The position numbers and the translations under genes were made by a program. The notes under the pieces are model-generated. The model did no database searches. It saw only the letters and a list, made by a program, of their open reading frames with translations, and had not been told where the DNA came from. From assembly GCA_001724265.1 (NCBI GenBank), contig MEDY01000225.1, positions 1-64,000 on the forward strand: a DNA stretch of 64,000 nt, given 5' to 3'. This stretch comes from Rhizaria sp. SCN 62-66 (Eukaryota). Shown here in pieces: positions 25,012 through 36,718 of the stretch (its first letter is position 1; each line of letters begins with the position of its first letter).

Positions 25012-28000
25012 TCAGATCAGCTCAAAGCCCTCGTCGCTGCCACTGCTAAGCATGGCGCGCACTCCCGGCGCCGCCCCGTCGCCATCCCCGGTCGGCGACC
25101 GGGACTGCGACAGCGCCAGCGACAGGTCAGGCACACTTCGCTCCTGACCTTGCTCAGGCTGTTGCGCCTGCGCCTGCTGCAAGTCTAGCTCGCGCGGCGG
25201 GCGCGAGTGCGACTGCGAGCGCACGTGCGCCTGCGTCGCCCCCTTGGCCTCGGCGTCGGCGCTGGTGCGAGCGGCGCCAGCGTCCGAGTCGGCGGCCGGC
25301 GGCTGCGACAGTGAGACTGACAGCGCGGGCGCTTGTCCGAGGCCCCTCTGTTGCTGCAGCGGCTGCTGCTGCGGAGCCCGCGACAGCGACTGCGCCTGCG
25401 AGAGCAGGGGCGACAGCGACTGCGAGAACGACAGCCCCGTCGCGTCGGACACGAGCTCGAACCCGAGACTGGGGCTTCCGCTCTGCTCAGCGGGAGCGGC
25501 AGCTGAACCGGCGCCAACGCCGGGCCTAGCACCGGCGGCTCGGGGGCTCATGCCAGAGCTGGAACCGGAGCTGATGCTAAAGCCAGAGCTCAGGCTAGCG
25601 CCAGTGCCAGAGCGAGAGTCGGAGCCAACGGGGAACGCAGGCACGGGACAAGGCGCCGCGGGACAAGGCGCCGCGTTGCCGGTGGCAGCCGCAGCGGCCG
25701 CCGCTTGCTGACGTCCCATCTGCACCTGCTTCTGTAACTGCGCCTTCGCCTGCGACTGCGCATGTGCGCCAAGCGACCGCGAGCCGAGCGGCTGGGAGGC
25801 GGGGCTTGATAGCGCGGCGTCGCTGCTCAGCGCAAAGACGTCGCTGCCGTTGGCCAGCGCGTCATCGCTGCCGCCGCTGGCCGCGGGGCCGTCGCTGCTC
25901 GCCGCAAGCACGCCGCTGAGCGTCGCGCTAATCACCGTGGCGCAGTCAGCGTCCCCGTCGGCGTCGCCGCCCTTATCGCTCTCCTTGTCGCCCGAGCCGG
26001 TGCGCCGCGCGGTCAGCGTCGGAACAGGCGCGGCCAGATCGGCGGCGCGGTCCCCTGCGCGGTCCGCGGGGGCGACGGGCGGCGTGACGCTGAGCGCGCC
26101 GTCGAACGGCGAGTCCAGGCCTGCCTCCACCGGCCCGAAGACGCCGGGGAACGCACCGGCGCCGTACGCACCGAGCGGGGGGCTGGCGTCGGACTCGGTC
26201 AGCGTGGCGCTCAGAGACACGGCGGCGGCGACGGCAGCGGAGGCTGCGCCGTCGGTCGTGGGGCTCAGGCCGGAGTCGGCGCGGTGCGAGTCGCTGAGCG
26301 AGGAGGCGAAGAGACTGGCGCCCACGCTCGTGGGTGACTGCGAGTGTCCGTGGGCGAGGCCGTGTCCGTGGCTCTGGCTGTGCACCGAGGGACTGGTCGC
26401 CGCCTGGCTGTGCGTCGACTGGCTGTGCGCTGAGTGACTATGCGCGAGAGGGTCGGAGGACAGGTCCGCCGTGCCCACGGTCGCAGCTGCGTTCATGTTC
26501 GCTATTGCAGCGGCAGGCGCCGTCACTGACGAACCCGCAGTCGCAGTCGCAGCGGGCTCCGTCGCTGCAGCAGATGCTGCAGCGGGTGCCGCAGCAGAAA
26601 CGAAGACAGGAGCGGTGATCGGCACGGGCGCGAGCGTCGCAGCACTGGTCGTTGCAGCAACATGCGCAGCGACAGCGACAGGGGGAGTGCCCGACGACGG
26701 CGAAGTGAGGCCGCGTTGTTGCGGCTGGGCCACACTTCCGCTGAAGTTGTAACCACCAGTGCCGTTGCTGATGCCGTTGCTGTTGTAGCCCGCGCCGAAG
26801 GGCGCCGCGTAGGCGCGCACGTCGCTGGCGTCGCTGAGCCCGCGGCGGCGTGTGGCCACCGGCGGCAGCGGGGGTGTCGCAGCCGCAGCGCCCAGCGCAG
26901 TCATCGCCGTGGCTGCGGCAGTGCTCGATGAGGCGAAGGACAGCGTCGTCGCTGCGGCGCCGGCAGCAGCGCCGCGCGAGCCCGATAGCGGCAGCGGTGG
27001 CGCGCCGCCGCGGGCGCCGCCGCCGCCGTGCTTGGAGGGCGAGCCGAGGGTGCCGGTGGCGGTGCCAGGCACACGCAGTGTGGGCAGCGGCGTTGACGGC
27101 GCGGGGATGCCGACGCTCGAGGGCACGCCGTCCAGCTCCAACTCCAGCTCGGCCTCGGAGGCGCTCCCGAGCACGCTCTCGGGCGCCACCGAGGCGGCGG
27201 CCGCGCGCAGGCCACCGGCGGGCGCAAAGGGAGCCTGCGAGAGGGCCGGCGACAGCGGCTGCACCGGGCCCGGCGACGGCGACGACGCGAGCGCCAGCGC
27301 CAGCGGCTCAGCGGCCAGCGCGGCAAGATGCGCCTGCGGCTGCTGACTCGACTTCAGCGCGGGCGCGGGCAGCAGCGGCGCCGGAGCGGCGGCGGGTCCG
27401 TGTCCGGGTCCCTGCGCGCTGGCAGGGCCGAACCAGTAGGGCGAGGGCTGGCCCGCGGCGTTGATGGGCGGCGAGTCGTCGGCGCTGTTGTCGTCGTCAA
27501 GTCCGCTGCCGTGACCGCGCCCGTGACCGTGGGCAGCGCGACTGCCGGGGCTGCGGATGTGCGCGGACGGGACTTGCGCGCGCGCGCGTTGCGGGCGCGG
27601 GACGCCTGCTGCGGCCGCGGCCGCAGCAGCCTTGGCGGCGCCCGCGCTCGGCCGGCCCGCGCCGCCCGCGAGCAGGTGCATCTGCGTCTGCGAGTGTGAG
27701 TGCGTCAGCGCCTGCGCGCCGCTGTGCGGCACGGGGTCCAGCGCGGGCGTGCCGCTGCCACCGCCGCGCCCGCCGCGCGCAAGGCTCAGCCCCACGCCCA
27801 GCCGCGCCGCGCCGCTGCCGCCGTGGTCGTGGCCGTGGCAGTGGGGCGCAAGCGGCGCGCCGTGGCCGGTGGTGACCGTGGGCGCCGCCGCGGGGGCCGC
27901 GAAGAGCAGCCCCGCGTCGTCGTCGTCGCCGTGGCTGTGCTCGTGGGCGTAGTCGCCGTCGCCGTGCTCGTCGCCGTGGTATCCGTAGTCGAGGCTGTCG

Positions 28001-31000
28001 TCAAGCGCATTCCCGTGCTCCGCCCCGCCGCGCTGACCGGCGTTGGCCGAAGACATCGTGGGCGCATGTCCGTGTGCGTGCGCGGCGCCGATGACGCTGC
28101 TCGCAACCGCGGCGCCGAGTCCGTGGCCGCCGGCGTGCGCGTAGTCGAAGTCCGAATGGCTGTCCAAGTCGCCCACGGCGCTGCGCCAGTCGAGCTCGAA
28201 CGCGCTGTCGGCGCCGCGCACGTGTGCCATGTCCTCTTCTTCTTCCTCCTCCGCGTCCGCACCGGCGCCAGTGCCGCGCGCGCGGCCGCTGGCGAGGCCG
28301 CCGGCATGGCCGCCGTGGACGACGCTGTGCGCGTGCGCTGCTGGGGGCGCGCGTCCAAAGCCGAAACCGTGGCCGTGCGCGGCGACGGGCACGATGATCG
28401 GGGCGGCGTTCGCCGGCACGACAATAGCGGCGACGCCGGTGTCCGCATTATTCGCGCTGCTGCTAGTAATGTTGTTGTTCGCGTTGTAGTAGTCGGCGAT
28501 GTCGCTGTGCGCGTACTGATACACCCCGTTGTACTGCTGCTGCAGCGGCACTGACTGCTGCTTAGGCAGCGACTGCTGCTGCGTCAGCGTGAGCGAGGCC
28601 GCCGACCGCAGCAAGTCCATCGCGGGCGGCGCCAGCGCGAGCGGCAGCGCGGACTCTGCTCTCGCGTCGGCGTCGGCGTCGGCGTCAGCGGCACCGTTGC
28701 TGGGGCCGAATAGGGGCGTCACGAACGGCAGGCTTGCAACATCGGCCTCGGCACTGTGCTGGCGCTGACGCTGTTCCTGGGCAATTGCAGTCGCAGCGGT
28801 GCGGCGCGGAGGCTGCGACTTCGCATGTGCCTGCACGAACGCGGGAGCAAGCGAGGACGACTCAGCGACGCTGAGGGCGAGGCCACCGGGCACAAATCGA
28901 GCAGGTGCATGGTGCGCAGCAGAAACAGCGTTGGCAGCTGCCGCGGAAGCAAGCACGGGGCCAGCCAGCGTCACGACTGGCGTCATCGCCGCGCCCACAA
29001 TCACTACATTCCCAGACACACTGGCGCTGCTACTGCTGCTGGTGTGGGTAGGCAGCGCGTCTGTGCTAGCCTCGGTCGCTGTCGCTAGAGGGGCAGGCTT
29101 GGCGACAGAAAGTGAGAGCTCGTTCACATGAGGACTGCCATCGTTGCTGCTGCTAACAGCTTTGCTGCCATCGTCCGCGTTTACGATAACAGAGCCCACG
29201 GCTGCGCCTTCCACCGCGATTAACTACACTTGATGACGCTACAACTGCTGCTGCTTCTGCTGTTGCTGTTGCGGCGGCTGTTGCTGCGGAGCGGGGCGCA
29301 CCGAGCCCGCGGACATGACTGAGAGCGCGAGTCCGCCGGGCGCACCGAAGGCACGCGGCTGGCGCTGCTGCTGCTGCTGCTGCTGTTTCGCCTGCGTCTG
29401 CGTCTTCGCCGCCGCACCCGACGCCGCAGCGAGCGCCGTGGGTGAGGCGGCTGTGACCGCAGCGGCGATCGCAGCCGCCACAGTCATGTCTTCGGAGGCG
29501 TCTGGCGAGGCGGGCCGCGACATGTCGACGCGCACGCCCACGGCGCACTCGAGCGCGTGGCCGCACGCGCACTCGCACTGCGCAGCGCTGCCCGCCGTGG
29601 TCGCGTGCGAAGCGGACGCAGCCGCGCAGCAGCAGCCGGGGACCGCCGCGAGCGGCGCGGCGGGAGCAGGGTCCACACCAGTCGCGGCCGCGACGACGGA
29701 GGCCGCGATGGGCGAAAAGGGCAGCGCAGCCGCCGCAGTCGCGTTTGCAGGCGCAGGCGCGGTCACGCCGGCGTTGGCGTTGTGCGCGGCGGCGAACGGG
29801 GCAGCGCTGCTGGCGCGAGCGAGCGAGGTCCCGACGCCAGAGTTGGCGCCGCAAGCGCCGACACCATTCTCAGCCGCCGCAGTGACCGCAGCAGCCGCGT
29901 CACAGTTAGTTGCGGCGCCATTGCCCGTACCGGCGACCGGCGCGCGCGACTGCTCTGCAGCGTTGTGCGCGGACACGGCGAGACCCGCGTGCGCAGCGGT
30001 GGCGGCGGACATGGTCAGCGACGTCGTGAGCGTAACGGTGCGCCGCGGGGCCGTCTTGAAGGCGCCCGCGCCGCCCGAGGCCACGATCGCGGCGGCCGCG
30101 GCGGGATCCACGCGAGGACCGCAGCCCGCAGCCGCCGCAGCGACGGGGGCGCCGCTGTCGCCCATGCTATCGCTGTCGCCGTCGCCGAGACTGTTGTTGT
30201 TGCTCCGGCCGGCGCCCGCGCCCTGTCCGTTGCCGTTGCCGTTGTCGTGGGTGAGGCCGTACAGGAAGCCGGGGCTGGGGGCCGCGGAGGGACCGAGGCT
30301 TGCGCGCGAGGTCCGGTGGCGGCGCACGCCTGAGGCCAAGCCAGCCCCGCTCCCGCTACCATTTGCGGGCTCGGCGCCAAAGCCAATGGCAGATCCAGCA
30401 GTGGCAGCGGCGGCAGCGGTCGGCGCGGGCGTCTGCGCCGTGGCAGGGGCGATGCCGAGGACCCGCCCGTGACCGTGGGCGCGGCCGTTGGCGTGGTTGA
30501 GGCCGTGGCCGGCGGAGACGATGGGCAGCACAACAGTGCTGCTGACGCCGCTGACGCCACTGTAGTGGCTCGCGGCGGGGCTGTAGTACGACCCGTCTTC
30601 CTGCTCGCCGTCGTGCTCACGGTCAGCCTCGCGACCGAGCTCTTGCTGGTCCTGCGCGGGCACATTCGCAGACGTAACATTCCCGGCGTTCTCGACACGG
30701 GCGTCGCCGGCGACACCAACTCTGAGCCCAAGGCCGAGTCCGGTGTCGTGAGCGTTGTATGCAATGTTGTTGTTGTTCGCCGTTGGCGGGAGCACGCAGA
30801 TCGTGGAGGCCGTCTCGCCCTCGCTGTCAGCCCACCGCGCCGCGCCCTCCAGTTCGGACGCCGTGATCGACTCGCAGTAGCCACGCGCGCGCACTGCACC
30901 CGCGTCCAGGTTGGACCCAACTTGGGCGCCGACGGTCGCGCTCGCGTCGGGCATAGCTGCGTTGCCGTTGCTGCTATCGTTGTCCGAGAAGATGCGCGCA

Positions 31001-33131
31001 ATGTTCGCGTAGGCGGCTTCATCATCGTCGTCGACATCGACGTCAAACGCAATTCGGCCACCATTGCCGTTTCTAACAGTTGCAGTATTCGGGCGACCGT
31101 TTCCGTTCGCGTTGGCCTGCCTCTTTGCACTAGTATTATTGCCGGCAGTGTGGGCAGTCGCGAGGTGCGCGAACGGGTTTTGCGCGTCACCATCGAGACT
31201 GCGCCGGGGCCCATGCACCCCGTGTCCGTGACCGTGGGCGTGGGCGTGACTGTGCGCACTGGCTGTACCGGCGATACCCGTGCCACCGTGGTCGCGGTCA
31301 ATGCGCTGCTCACGGTCACGTTCGTGGTAGCGGGCGCCATCGGCAGACTCGCCGTCGCCGTGCTGCTGCTGCTGCTGGGTGTCGTGGTAGTGCTACTCGT
31401 GCATGATGACGCTGTGCGCCTGGCTGTGGCCGAACTCGCTGCCGCTCTCGCCGACGCCGTCACAGTAGCCGTCGCTGTCGCCGCCGTGCCCGAAGTCGCC
31501 GTCGCCGTCGCCCGCAAGGAACTCGCTCGGCACGTCCGTCAGCGAGCAGCCGGGCCCGCCGTCGCCGAGGCCGAGGCCCAGTGCAGCGGCGCCGCCGTGG
31601 CCCGCGGCCGCTGGGTCGCGGCCTACGAGGACGAGACTCCCTCTCCCGCCGCCGCCGCCGTTGCTGTTGCTGCACGCGCTGGCGTTGACGCCCGTGCTGC
31701 GCTGCAACGACCGCAACTGCAACGTGTTGGCGTCTTCGCCACCGCCATAGCCCAGCAGCGCGTGGACGCTGCCGGCGCGGGGGACCGCGCCCCCACCGCC
31801 GCTGCCGCCGCTGCCGCTGCTCACGGTCGTCGTGGCCGCGGCGGCTGCGGAGGCCGCCGGGGGCACCTGCGGTCCAAGGCCCGCGTACTGGCTGGGGCTG
31901 CCCGTGTAGGTGGCCGCGCCGACGCCGGCCGAGGCGGGCCGCGCCGGGTACGCTGCAGACTGCGACTGCGGGCTCAGCGACTGCGGCCCCTGCGGGTGAG
32001 TCTGTTGCTGACTCTGCAGCTGCTGCAGCTGGCGCTGGCGCTGGTAGCTCTGCGCGGCGCGGCGCGCGTCGGCGTAGTAGTCGTCGCTGCTGCTCCCGCT
32101 GCCGTCGGCGTCGTTGCCGTCGGCGTTGCCGCTGTTATTGAGGCTGCCATTGCCGGCGGCCGCGGCGTGCTGCCGCGCCTGGCCGTAAGAGGCCAGCGCC
32201 GAGAGCCGGTTGGACATCTTCTGCAGCAGGTCCTGAATGTGCGCGTCATACCCGCTCTCCACCGCCGCGGCGTCGCTGTTGCTGTTGTTGCCGTTGCCGT
32301 TCGCTTGCGCGCTGTCGTCGGCGTCGCTGTAGGCGTTCGCGAGGGGGTTCACGGTCGTGCTGCTGGCGCGGGCGCGGGCGCGCGTGTTGCGCGAAGCCCG
32401 GCCGGCACCGCTGTTGGTGCTGTTGGCCCCGTTCAGACTGCCCGTGCAGTCGTTGGCGCTCGCGGTCGGCGGGAGGCCGAGCAAAGAAGACGAAGGAGCG
32501 AACGCGCCAGTTGTCGCAGCCGCCGCGCCAGCGGCAGCAGCTGGGCCCGTGCCGCCCAGCTGAAGACTCAGACCAAGCGTGGCGGCCTTGCGGCGGTCCG
32601 CCTCGTTGTCCTCGCAGTCGTCCTCGTCCTCGTCGTCGCCGCCGCGGCCGTGCAGGTAGTGGCTCTCGCTGTGAGTTTGGCTGCCGGCGCCGCCGTGGCC
32701 GTGGCCGGAGCCGTGGAGGCCGTGGCGCGGCGCAGCGCGCTCGTCCTCGTCCAGTGACAAGCCGCCATCGTCGTCGGTAAGCAGTGCTGTGCTCGGGCAG
32801 AGGGTCGAAACGGGCGGAGACCGTTGACAGTGCGGGTGATGAGAGAAGGGTCAAGGCAGGCAGTAAAGGAGAAGAATGCGAGTTGTAAAGGCAAATTAGG
32901 GGATAGGAGAGCATCGACAGACAAATAGATACAATATGTACGCGTGCTCACGGTACTGCTATTGCGATTCCATGAACGATATTTGTGTTGATATCTCGCA
33001 TCAAATGTGCTTGTGTGCGTAGACGTACGGTCGATTGAATCGTCCTCATCGGTGCGCGCGACTCCGCGACGGCGATGAGCCAGCGGACAGCACCAACGTG
33101 CGCACCAGCAACGCGCAAGCCAACCGCTCAT
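25012..33131 (-). CDS. Very large (about 2650 aa) low-complexity protein with three in-frame TAG codons (exons 33131-32942, 32786-25012)
   Basis: ORFs 32760-31393, 31218-29239 and 29214-25012 share one frame and are separated only by TAG (31393-5, 29239-41, 29224-6). A phase-1 GTACAT..CAG intron adds a Cys-rich N-terminal exon. Stop is TGA. Confidence 0.72.
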
Positions 33132-33915
33132 GACGCAGAGAGGACGGAGGCGGGGCGGAGCGGAGATAAAAGACGGGGGTCTGCGTAGAGTCGAGCAGGG
33201 AGGAGCAACCAGAGATTGGGTCAGAAGGAGGCGACAGGAAGGAAAGTCGGGTTTAGTGAGGCGTCCCAGGAATAATAGTTCAGAAATGTGTTTCATGGTC
33301 ATGGTCAATATCGGAATCGGTCTTAGTACAAACAAATCTGCTCATGGCGTTGTGCTATAGCGAACAAAAACAACTGACCACACACCGATTTTTTGGCTAC
33401 ATTAACCCCTGCGACGTTGCCAATTCGATCGTCAAAAAGATTGCCACAGAGGATATAATTAGAAAGTGGCGCGTAAAACTGTGTGACTTATATGGCTGTA
33501 AAAAAACATATCCCATTGTCGTTCAGACTGTCGCATACAAACTGATTTCTTGTCTATTGAGTCAAGCGCGTCTACCCACGGTCGCCGAAGGTAACACACT
33601 TGGCAGAATATTTCGTTGGGGTGTTCTCTGTGTTCTCAACGTCATATTCGATTTTACGATTGATACTGTTTTTCATCATCTATATAATCTTGTATGCATC
33701 AATATTTATTTTAAAATTGCCGAACTGCTGCTACAGTGCGTACTTTTACGATCTCTCATTTGTGTGCTGTTCTGCAACGGCTTCTTCCCCAATTAAATCC
33801 GCTCTAGCTCCTTGCAGTCGTAATCTTTAATAATTCGACACGCTGATCAGAGTGTATTACTGAATTTTAACCTATTGATAGCACACCCGATTGGCTCTAC
33901 ACCTTGTTACTCAAC

Positions 33916-36377
33916 ATGTCAGGTACGTTTTCGTTTCCAAGCATTTGCAAAACTTTGGTCGCTTTCAAACTTCCCTCTCCCTTACCATGATGACTACTTG
34001 CGCTTTGATCCTCCACAGCCCCCGCGGTCCCCATTCGCGTGAACGTGTCGAGTAGCGCGGCCGCACCCGCAGTGCCCCATCGCTCCGTGAACTCGCCTAC
34101 CTCCAAAGAGGCTCCCACTCCCTCATCTTCGACAGCAGCTGCTGCGTCTGCGTCGGGCCCTGCAAACGATGACACGGCACCCTCGACCCACGCGCCCGCG
34201 ACGAGTTCTACTGCGGAGCCTGTGAACACTGTGGCCGCAGGCACCGTGTCGCCGACGACGCCCGCGACGCTGCAGCTGCGCCCGCGCGGCGCGCTCAACG
34301 GCCAGATCTTCGACCTGTACACGCAGTCGCAGTTCGACGACTGCCTGCGCCTCATCGACCGCGCGCTCGCGCTCCCCACGCCGCCCAACTCGCTCTCCAC
34401 CGGCGCCGGCGCTGCGTCCGCAGCGACCGCGGCCGTGGCCGCGGGGGTGACGGCGACCGCGAGTTCGCCCGACGTGAGCGCCATGACGAGCGGCGTGCTC
34501 TCATCGCCCTTCACCGCGCCGGCCGCGGTCGACTCGGATTACCCGCTCTTCGTGCGCGGGCTAATCTTGCGCCAGCGCGGACAAGTTGCGCGCGCGCTGG
34601 AGGCGTTCCAGGCGGCGCTGCGGCTGAACCCGCGCTCGGCCGACAACGCCAAGCACGTTGCGCGCTGTCTATACTTGTTGGGCCACGTACCGCGCGCGCT
34701 TGAGGTCTACGACAAGGTCGTTGCCATGCTTGGTGGCGCGGCAGGCGCGGCCGCGGGCGACGCTGACGTGCTGCTCGGCGTCGGCGAGTGCTACATGCGC
34801 CAGGGCCGCTTTGCCGAGGCCGCCAAGGTGCTGCGCGACTCGATCGCGTAGCGGCCCAGCGACGCCGCCTACCTCGCGCTATGCCAGGCGCTCACGCTCG
34901 GCGGCGACACACCCGGCGCGCTCCAGGCGCACACCGACGCGCTCGACTTCAGCCCCGAAAACGCAGAGGTACGTTCGCAGCAGTTTGAAATATGTTCAAT
35001 TTACCCATCATCCATTCTCACAATCTCTCATTATCACACACTCACACATCTCTTTCTTGTCTTTGCATTGCTTTTTTCTCATCACACAGCTGCTGACCCG
35101 GCTGGGCGCTCTGTACCTGCGCGCGGGCGCGCCGCGTCAGGCGTTTGACCTGCTGGGCACGGCGCTGACGCATGTGCCCGAGCACGCAGAGGCGAACTTC
35201 GCCGCCGCAGCAATCACGCTCCAGCACAAGGAGTTCGACGCTGCGCTGCTCAAGTACCGGTACGCTTTGTGAATTGTCCACCTGATTATTTGTGTAGGAT
35301 GCGTAAAAGTCATCGGAAAAACACAAAACTATTTTGTTCTTGTACTTATGTCTCATTGTCATTCTGTCGTTCTATTGTTGTCCTGCGCATTCTTACAGTG
35401 TCGTTGCGCACGCTGACCCTGACAGCGCCGAGTTGTGGACGGATATTGGTCTGTGTCTCTGGGGCAAGGGCCGCGCTTCTGCCGCGGCGGCGTGCCTCAA
35501 CCGCGCGCTTTTCATCTGCCCCACGCTGTGGTCCGCGGCCTACAACCGCGCGCTGGTGGCGCTGACGGCCGCGCAGTACGCCACGGCGTGTCACCACCTC
35601 ACGGCCGCAGTCGCGCTCAATCCCACGCACGCGCCCTCGTTCGCCGCGCTCGGCGTCGCGCTTGGCCGCATGGGCGATGTGACGAACGCGTCGGCGGCGT
35701 ACGACCGCTCTCTGCGTCTGGCGCCGCACTCGGCGCCAGTGTACCTCAACTACGCCGCGATGCTGCTTAACGCCGCGGCCGCGGACCCGGAGACCGCGCG
35801 CAGCGCCGGCGGCGCGCTAACACCCCAGGAGACCAAAGCCGCGGCGTTGTGGGACCGCTACCGCTCGCTGTTCGCCACGGCGACGGCGGCCGCGGACGCC
35901 GCCTCTGCATCTGCCTCAGCCGCCGCGGTGCGTGGGTCCGGCGCTGCGGCTGCGCCCACGGGGTCGCCCGCCGCGCTGGCGGCCGCGGCGCTGGCGCCCT
36001 ATTCGCGCGCCGAGATTGAGCTCACCGCACAGCAGGTCGCGACTGCGCTGCAGCACGCGCGCGGGCGTGCCGCCGCCGACGCTGCGGTCGCCGCGGCCGC
36101 CGCGGGCGCCATGGCCGCCAACAGCAGCTCGCCCGGCGCGCCCGTAGGGCCGCACAGCATGATGCCCGCGCCGCCACAGACGCGCGCTACGCCCGCTGCG
36201 CCGCCGCGCCCTGTCAAGATCAGCAGCGGCGGCAGCGGCAGCGGCGGCGGCAGGCACTCGAACGCCCTTGAAGACAGCTTCGAGGCTGACAATAACAAAG
36301 CCGGTGGAGGGCTGCCACCGCCGGTGCTGCGGCCGCCGCCCAGGACTAAGCCCGAGGAAGACGATGCTGCAGTTTGA
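33916..36377 (+). CDS. BBS4: BBSome subunit BBS4 with an in-frame TAG at 34849-34851 (exons 33916-33922, 34019-34968, 35090-35259, 35399-36377)
   Basis: YPLFVRGLILRQRG, ALRLNPRSADNAKHVARCLYLLG, ALDFSPENAE|LLTRLGALYL, AFDLLGTALTH, FDAALLKYR|VVA and SAELWTDIGLCLWGK match the BBS4 TPR series as I recall it. Stop is TGA. Confidence 0.9.
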
Positions 36378-36718
36378 ACTGGGAGAGTTAATACATCGTA
36401 ACTCTTGGTATGACTAGAGTTGCGAGTTTATTTTTTAAGTTCGGCCACTGAGTGGCCAATTTCTATGAGGTGCGTTGTTATAACACAATCGGTTGGCCTT
36501 TATTGGCGTATCTTCAAAGTTGTTATTCAGTAATCACAAATATAAAATCAATTAACAGACACAAGTTCAAGTAGCCATGCTACCTGCTTGTACTCTGGCA
36601 TGCATATGTCGGCACCGTCAAACCACTTTCTGCAGACAACAATGTGTCACTTATGTTCGTCACAACGCCATCTTCAGGACAAACACCGTCGTTTTCCTGG
36701 ACATCTCATTTCCCGTGC

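Noticed and set aside
30469-32757. Long antisense or alternate-frame ORFs (e.g. 30469-32757 +, 5565-6971 -, 1365-2240 +, 19667-21127 +)
   Set aside because: Shadow ORFs expected opposite GC-rich, codon-biased genes. They have no recognisable motifs.
33344-33796. 150-aa ORF in the AT-rich spacer before BBS4
   Set aside because: Composition and codon usage are unlike the real genes, it has no motif, and it lies in a divergent promoter region.
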